From Macrostomum lignano (Eukaryota), in contig NIVC01004000.1 in NCBI GenBank assembly GCA_002269645.1, positions 1,789 through 65,788 of the forward strand: 64,000 nt of DNA, read 5' to 3'. The translations under genes were made by a program, and so were the position numbers. The notes below the pieces were generated by a model that saw only the letters and a program-made list of their open reading frames with translations, had not been told where the DNA came from and made no database searches. Shown here one piece after another: positions 58,164 to 64,000 of this stretch (within the stretch, counting starts at the first letter, position 1; every line of letters starts with the position of its first letter).

Positions 58164-58874
58164 TGCGGTGCGGTCGCTTAAGCGTTCAGCTGAGAATAAA
58201 TGAACCGCTTTTATTAACTTTAAATATCTAAATGGTCCTCGTTGCTTAAAATGACCTGTTACTATTAGTAGTGTGATTTACTTTCATCAAGTGTGTGTAC
58301 ATTTTGTATCATTGTTTTAATACAGTAATAAACGTCAATAGCCTATACTTGTACACGGCCGATGCTTTTATTAATTTTTTTACATTCTGCTAACTAAAAG
58401 TCTTCGGTATGTATTCTAATTTATTTCATTTTATTATTGCGTTTACCTATCTATTTAATAACAATTAAGTTGCGGCTATGCCAATTGTAGCACACAGTGC
58501 ACAAAAATTAATAATGCTTTTGTTAACTCAACTGAGTGGCGTCTTATTTTATTCCAACAACTCATTTTGTACTTGACCAATTGAAAGTAATGCTAGTATG
58601 AAATTGATTTTTCTCATTTTTTACATCCCTTGCTGCACGAGCAAATGCCAATAATTGACCGGTATTTTTTATGACAACAGCTAATATTTGTTTTCCACAA
58701 CATTCGCAATTAATGACTCAACCAATATTTGTTTAAAATGTAATAAACTGTAGCACGTATTTTAACGAACTACTTACTGACTGGTTTAATTTATATTACT
58801 GTAGTTTAATACAATTTATGACCAGTCTGTGCATAGATACTCGTATTTTAGTAGTTTAAAACAGTTCTATTACT

Positions 58875-59590
58875 CATTCAGTAGTCTGTCATTCCTCCCT
58901 CTATGACTCATTCAGTAGTCTGTCATTCCTCTCTATGACTCATTCAGTAGTCTGTCGTTCCTCTCTCTATGACTCATTCAGTAGTCTGTCATTCCTCCCT
59001 CTATGACTCATTCAGTAGTCTGTCGTTCCTCTCTCTATGACTCATTCAGTAGTCTGTCATTCCTCCCTCTATGACTTATTCAGTAGTCTGTCATTCCTCC
59101 CTCTATGACTCATTCAGTAGTCTGTCATTCCTCCCTCTATGACTCATTCAGTAGTCTGTCATTCCTCTCTCTATGACTCATTCAGTAGTCTGTCATTCCT
59201 CTCTATGACTCATTCAGTAGTCTGTCATTCCTCTCTCTATGACCCATTCAGTAGTCTGTCCTTCCTCTCTCTATGACCCATTCAGTAGTCTGTCCTTCCT
59301 CTCTCTATGACCATTCAGTAGTCTGTCATTCCTCTCTCTATGACTCATTCAGTAGTCTGTCATTCCTCTCTCTATGACCATTCAGTAGTCTGTCCTTCCT
59401 CTCTCTCTATGACCCATTCAGTAGTCTGTCATTCCTCTCTCTATGACTCATTCAGTAGTCTGTCATTCCTCCCTCTATGACTCATTCAGTAGTCTGTCAT
59501 TCCTCTCTCTATGACTCATTCAGTAGTCTGTCATTCTTTCCTCTATGACTCATTCAATGGTCTGACACCACTCTATGACTCATTCAGTCC
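58875..59590. repeat. 32-36-bp minisatellite ATGACTCATTCAGTAGTCTGTCATTCCTCTCTCT
   Basis: About 21 copies, about 15 with ATGACTCAT intact; ends ~125 bp before the EARS2 ATG. Confidence 0.95.
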
Positions 59591-59714
59591 TCTGGGGTAT
59601 CACTCTCTCCCTCTCTGTAGTACTATTCAGCTCTAGTCCTAATAAGCCATTTCATAAGTCATTAGTAAAGCACTAGCAACCATGCATTAAATTATAGTTT
59701 TCTAAATATCTTGC

Positions 59715-62700
59715 ATGCGAAAATCTACTGGAATTATTGGCCACATCAGCCGCCTGCGGCTCTGCTCAAGCAGCGGAGGCGGCGGCTGCCGCGAGCCTCA
59801 GCCGTAGTGGTTCGTTTTGCACCTTCACCCACCGGTCGCATGCACGTTGGCGGAGCTCGTACAGCTCTAGTAAATTTTGCCTTCGCCAAACGGCATAGCA
59901 ACGGCCGGTTTCTATTACGCCTAGAGGATACGGATGCTAAGCGTTGCAAACCGGAAGCTGCTAGCGATATATTAGAGTCATTGGATTGGCTAGGACTGAG
60001 GCCGGACAATGCAGACTCAGTGCCGGTTCAGTCTAACAGGCTGGACAAATACAGAGACGCCGCTGCTAGGCTAGTGGATAGCGGCCTGGCCTATCCGTGC
60101 TTCTGCTCCGAGCACCGGCTGGAGCTCTTGCGTCGGCACCAACGGGCCGCCGGGCAGACGCCCGGCTACGATGGCAAATGCCGATTGTTGACGGCTGACG
60201 AGCGACAGCAGCTGATGGCGGCTGGTCAGTTGACAATTTAATCATCTGTAACACCTCGTTGAAAATGTTACAGTGACAAGAATTTCTGAAAAGTCATTGC
60301 AAACGACTTTCTAGTGACTCTGGGGAGACTCCTGTGACTTAATTACGATTCAGATGTGTCTTGATACGACGGTAGAGGCGACTGCTGCGTGACAAGCCCG
60401 TCACTTGAGTTGTAGAATCGTAAACTAGCAATCTTTGCCCCCCGATGGGGGACATCTGGATAGAACTCTCTGACTCTCTCTCTCTCTCTCTCTCTGACTC
60501 TCTCTGACTCTGACTCTCTGACTCTGTAACGTATACAAAGCGCTACAGTGGCTTAAGCGCTTTAGCGACTGGAGAATGCCGCTGAAACGCCGCTGTGACT
60601 CTAATTTATCAAGCGACTCAAATGCGCTTCAGACACAACTCAGTGACTCAATAGCGACTCTATCACATTCAGACACAACTCAGTGACTCAATAGCGTCTC
60701 TATCACATTCAGACACAACTCAGTGACTCAATAGCGACTCTATCACATTCAGACACAACTCAGTGACTCAATAGCGACTCTATCACATTCAGACACAACT
60801 CAGTGACTCAATAGCGACTCATCACATTCAGACACAACTCAGTGACTCAATAGCGACTCTATCACATTCAGACACAACTCAGTGACTCAATAGAGACTCT
60901 ATCACATTCAGACACAACTCAGTGACTCAATAGCGACTCTATCACATTCAGACACAACTCAGTGACTCAATAGCGACTCTATCACATTCAGACACAACTC
61001 AGTGACTCAATAGCGACTCTATCACATTCAGACACAACTCATGACTCAATAGCGACTCTATCACATTCAGACACAACTCAGTGACTCAATAGCGACTCTA
61101 TCACATTCAGACACAACTCAGTGACTCAATAGCGTCTCTATCACATTCAGACACAACTCAGTGACTCAATAGCGACTCCATCACATTCAGACACAACTCA
61201 GTGACTCAATAGCGACTCCATCACCTTCAGACACAACTCAGTGACTCAATAGCGACTCTATCACATTCAGACACAACTCAGTGACTCAATAGCGACTCTA
61301 TCACATTCAGACACAACTCAGTGACTCAATAGCGACTCTATCACATTCAGACACAACTCAGTGACTCAATAGCGACTCTATCACATTCAGACACAACTCA
61401 GTGACTCAATAGCGATCTATCACATTCAGACACAACTCAGTGACTCAATAGAGACTCTATCACATTCAGACACAACTCAGTGACTCAATAGCGACTCTAT
61501 CACATTCAGACACAACTCAGTGACTCAATAGCGACTCTATCACATTCAGACACAACTCAGTGACTCAATAGCGACTCTATCACATTCAGACACAACTCAG
61601 TGACTCAATAGCGACTCATCACATTCAGACACAACTCATTGACTCAATAGCGACTCTATCACATTCAGACACAACTCATTGACTCAATAGCGACTCTATC
61701 ACATTCAGACACAACTCAGTGACTCAATAGCGCCAACGATTCTTGGGACGACTCTTTCGCGACTCTGATTCAACAACTCACGTGACGCACTTGTGACGCA
61801 ACAGTCGCCTCTCTGTCGCATCAATTGCGAAAGCACAAAAACAGAAGAATTTATTAAGCATTGGCAACAGTCTTTGAAGATCTTCGAAAAAGCAGAACAG
61901 CTGATTTGATTCCGTGCGCGGCCACTTTCATTTCGGGATTGTGTGCTCGAGAAATTAGAAATCAAAGACCCGCTGTACACCCTATGTAAGCCTGTGTATG
62001 AGTGCGTGCCCGCGTACAGTGGCTTACCGGTAGCTTGTATGTGCCCAGGGAGTCAGCGGATTGGGTAGAATTGCCTCAATGCCCCTCCTGCAATTACCTA
62101 ATATGTATAGAATAATTAGCTGGGCCACTCAGGCATATATGCTTAGTAAAAACAGCTTTCTACTGTCAGTTCGGTAGCAAAGAAGATACAGAAGCTATTT
62201 TATAAAAATAAAGGCAGCTGAAATGACTTAAATAAGTTTTGAAGCCCAAGCAAAGCTTGCAGGTGCTTTGGGGCGGGGCGGAGGGGGGTAGTGTGGAAAG
62301 GCGCGGTTGAAGGGTTTAAGCTGGGGGTTAAGAACCTATAAATGAGCCTTGGCTCTAAAAATACATCAAACTGCTTCAGTTTAACTTACTACTGAACTGA
62401 CAGTAGCTTACACGCAAATGTACTGACTGGCCAATCTGGTTATTCTACTATCTGTGAGCTAGACTGGCAGCCCGTGTCCGACTGAACACTTTTTGCCTCA
62501 TCAGGTGAGCGCTCACCAGTGATTCGCTTTAACATGCGCGCCGCAGCTGCTCGTCTACTTCCGTCATCATTGTCATCCTCATCATCAACATCGCCATCAA
62601 CGATTCGAGTCCGCGACCTCCTGCTAGGCGATCTAAGCTTCCCCCTAACCGGCATGGAAGCCGATCCTGTGCTATTGAAGTCTGACGGCTGGCCAGTGTA

Positions 62701-64000
62701 CCATCTTGCCAGCGTGTTCGACGACCGATGCTCTGGCGTTACTCACGTCATCCGCGGCCGGGAATGGCTGCCATCGGCGCCGAAGCATGTGCTACTGCGA
62801 GCCGCGCTCGACTCTGTGCTGCCGTCGAACACTGACGCGCCGCCGCCGCCGTCGTCGTTGCTGTTCGCTCATCTACCGCTGTTGTTAGACTGGCGAGACG
62901 GTGCCAAGCTGTCTAAACGGAAGGCGGCGGCGGCGGCGGCGGGCGGCAGTAGCGGCAAAGACGGACCGGCGGTTGCTACGGAGATTCGCGAGCTGCGCGC
63001 TCTCGGCTACCTGCCGAGGCTGTTATTGATTGGCTGGTGTCGGCCACTTGGACTGGACGGCGGATTGGAGAGTCGTCTGCTGAGCAGGAACTGGTAACTG
63101 AGTGGGTGGATTATCGAAGGGTCAAATTGGGCGGATTATCGAGGGGTCAAATGAGGGCTCATTATCGAAGTGTCAAAAAGGCGGATTATCAAAAGGCAAA
63201 TGAGCGGCTTATCGAAGGGTAAAATCAAATGGGCGGATTTTCAAAGGGTCAAAGGGGCGCATTATCGAAGTGTCTGAGTGAGTGGATTATCGAAGGGTCT
63301 GAGTAAGTGGATTATCAAAGGGTCAAAGAGGTGGATTATCGAAGTGTCAGAGAGAGCGGATTATCGACGGGTCAGAGAGAGCGGATTATTCGAAGAGTCA
63401 GAGTGAATGTATTATCAAAGGGCCAGAGAGCGGATTATTCGAAGAGTCAGAGTGAATGGATTATCGAAGGGCCAGAGGGGGATGGATTATCGAAGGGTCA
63501 GAATGGGGCGGATTATCGAAGGTCAGAGTGGTTGGATTATCGAAGTTCAGAGTGGACGGATTATCGAAGTGCCAGAATGGGTGCTGATTATCGAAGGGTC
63601 AGGCGGATTATCGAAGGGTCAGAGTGGTTGGATTATCGAAGGTTCAGAGTGGACGGATTATCGAAGTGCCAGAATGGGCTGCTGATTATCGAAGGGTCAG
63701 GCGGATTATCGAAGGGTCTAATAAGGAGGCGGATTATCTAAGGGTCAGGCGGATTATCAAAGGGTCAGGCGGATTATCGAAGGGTCTAATAAGGAGGCGA
63801 ATTATCGAAGGGTAGCCTATCTGCATGTATATCTAGCACTAATCCGCCGCTATTCAGACACAGCAGTCGCCAGCCAAAACGCTGTCAGAGTTCTGCAGCG
63901 CAATCGAGCTCACTGAGCAGTGTCTGGCTAGTCGGGATGCCCGGTTGGATCTGCCGCTCTGCGATCTGCCGGGCTGCGTTCGCTAACTCCGGAATTAGCA
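59715..64000 (+). CDS. EARS2: Mitochondrial glutamyl-tRNA synthetase, 5' part, with apparent 1-nt frameshifts
   Basis: Exon 1 59715-60224 (VVVRFAPSPTGRMHVGGARTAL, FLLRLEDTD, AYPCFCS, GYDGKCR); exon 2 62505-63093 (DPVLLKSDGWPVYHLASV, THVIRG.EWLPS, AHLPLL, KLSKR); probable exon 3 from 63858. Confidence 0.88.
60625..61732. repeat. 40-bp satellite CAGTGACTCAATAGCGACTCTATCACATTCAGACACAACT (EARS2 intron 1)
   Basis: Period 40; about 28 copies. Confidence 0.97.
63095..63812. repeat. Degenerate GGATTATCGAAGGGTC minisatellite (EARS2 intron 2)
   Basis: Read directly; explains the 63307-63815 ORFs. Confidence 0.92.

Noticed and set aside
60465-60530. (CT)n/CTCTGA microsatellite as a regulatory element
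   Set aside because: Ordinary short microsatellite with no supporting context.

Overview
Animal (invertebrate) genomic DNA with GC-richer exons, AT-rich spacers and a different minisatellite in most introns. The style recalls free-living flatworms such as Macrostomum, but that is a low-confidence inference. All spliced gene models were rebuilt by hand from GT-AG sites with phase checks. Conserved genes: 5' part of an HCN/Ih channel (minus), calaxin/EFCAB1 (7 exons, minus), RAB43/19, an OSBPL1A (ORP1L)-like ANK-PH protein with no lipid-binding domain in the window, ZNRD2/SSSCA1, UBE2S and the 5' part of mitochondrial EARS2 (with two 1-nt frameshifts). There is also one orphan single-pass membrane ORF. 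The main discovery is a 14-kb cluster (35244-49463) of five two-exon genes (P1-P5) for short secreted Lys/Arg-rich proteins, which the ORF track misses or mis-frames. In each, exon 1 is a signal peptide ending at a predicted cleavage site that exposes a Cys followed by basic residues, then a phase-1 intron. P3 and P4 have a cecropin-like layout; P5 has two Cys-loop modules; P1 and P2 are charged-helix proteins. Second highlight: two paralogous 150-nt S5/turret exons in the HCN gene, probably mutually exclusive, that differ at a gating-critical Asn. Also present: two tRNA-derived SINE families (one CORE-type), LINE, DIRS and mariner remnants, five or six MITEs (most with 8-bp target duplications) and about 21 tandem arrays, several built from CCAAT or TGACTCA motifs.
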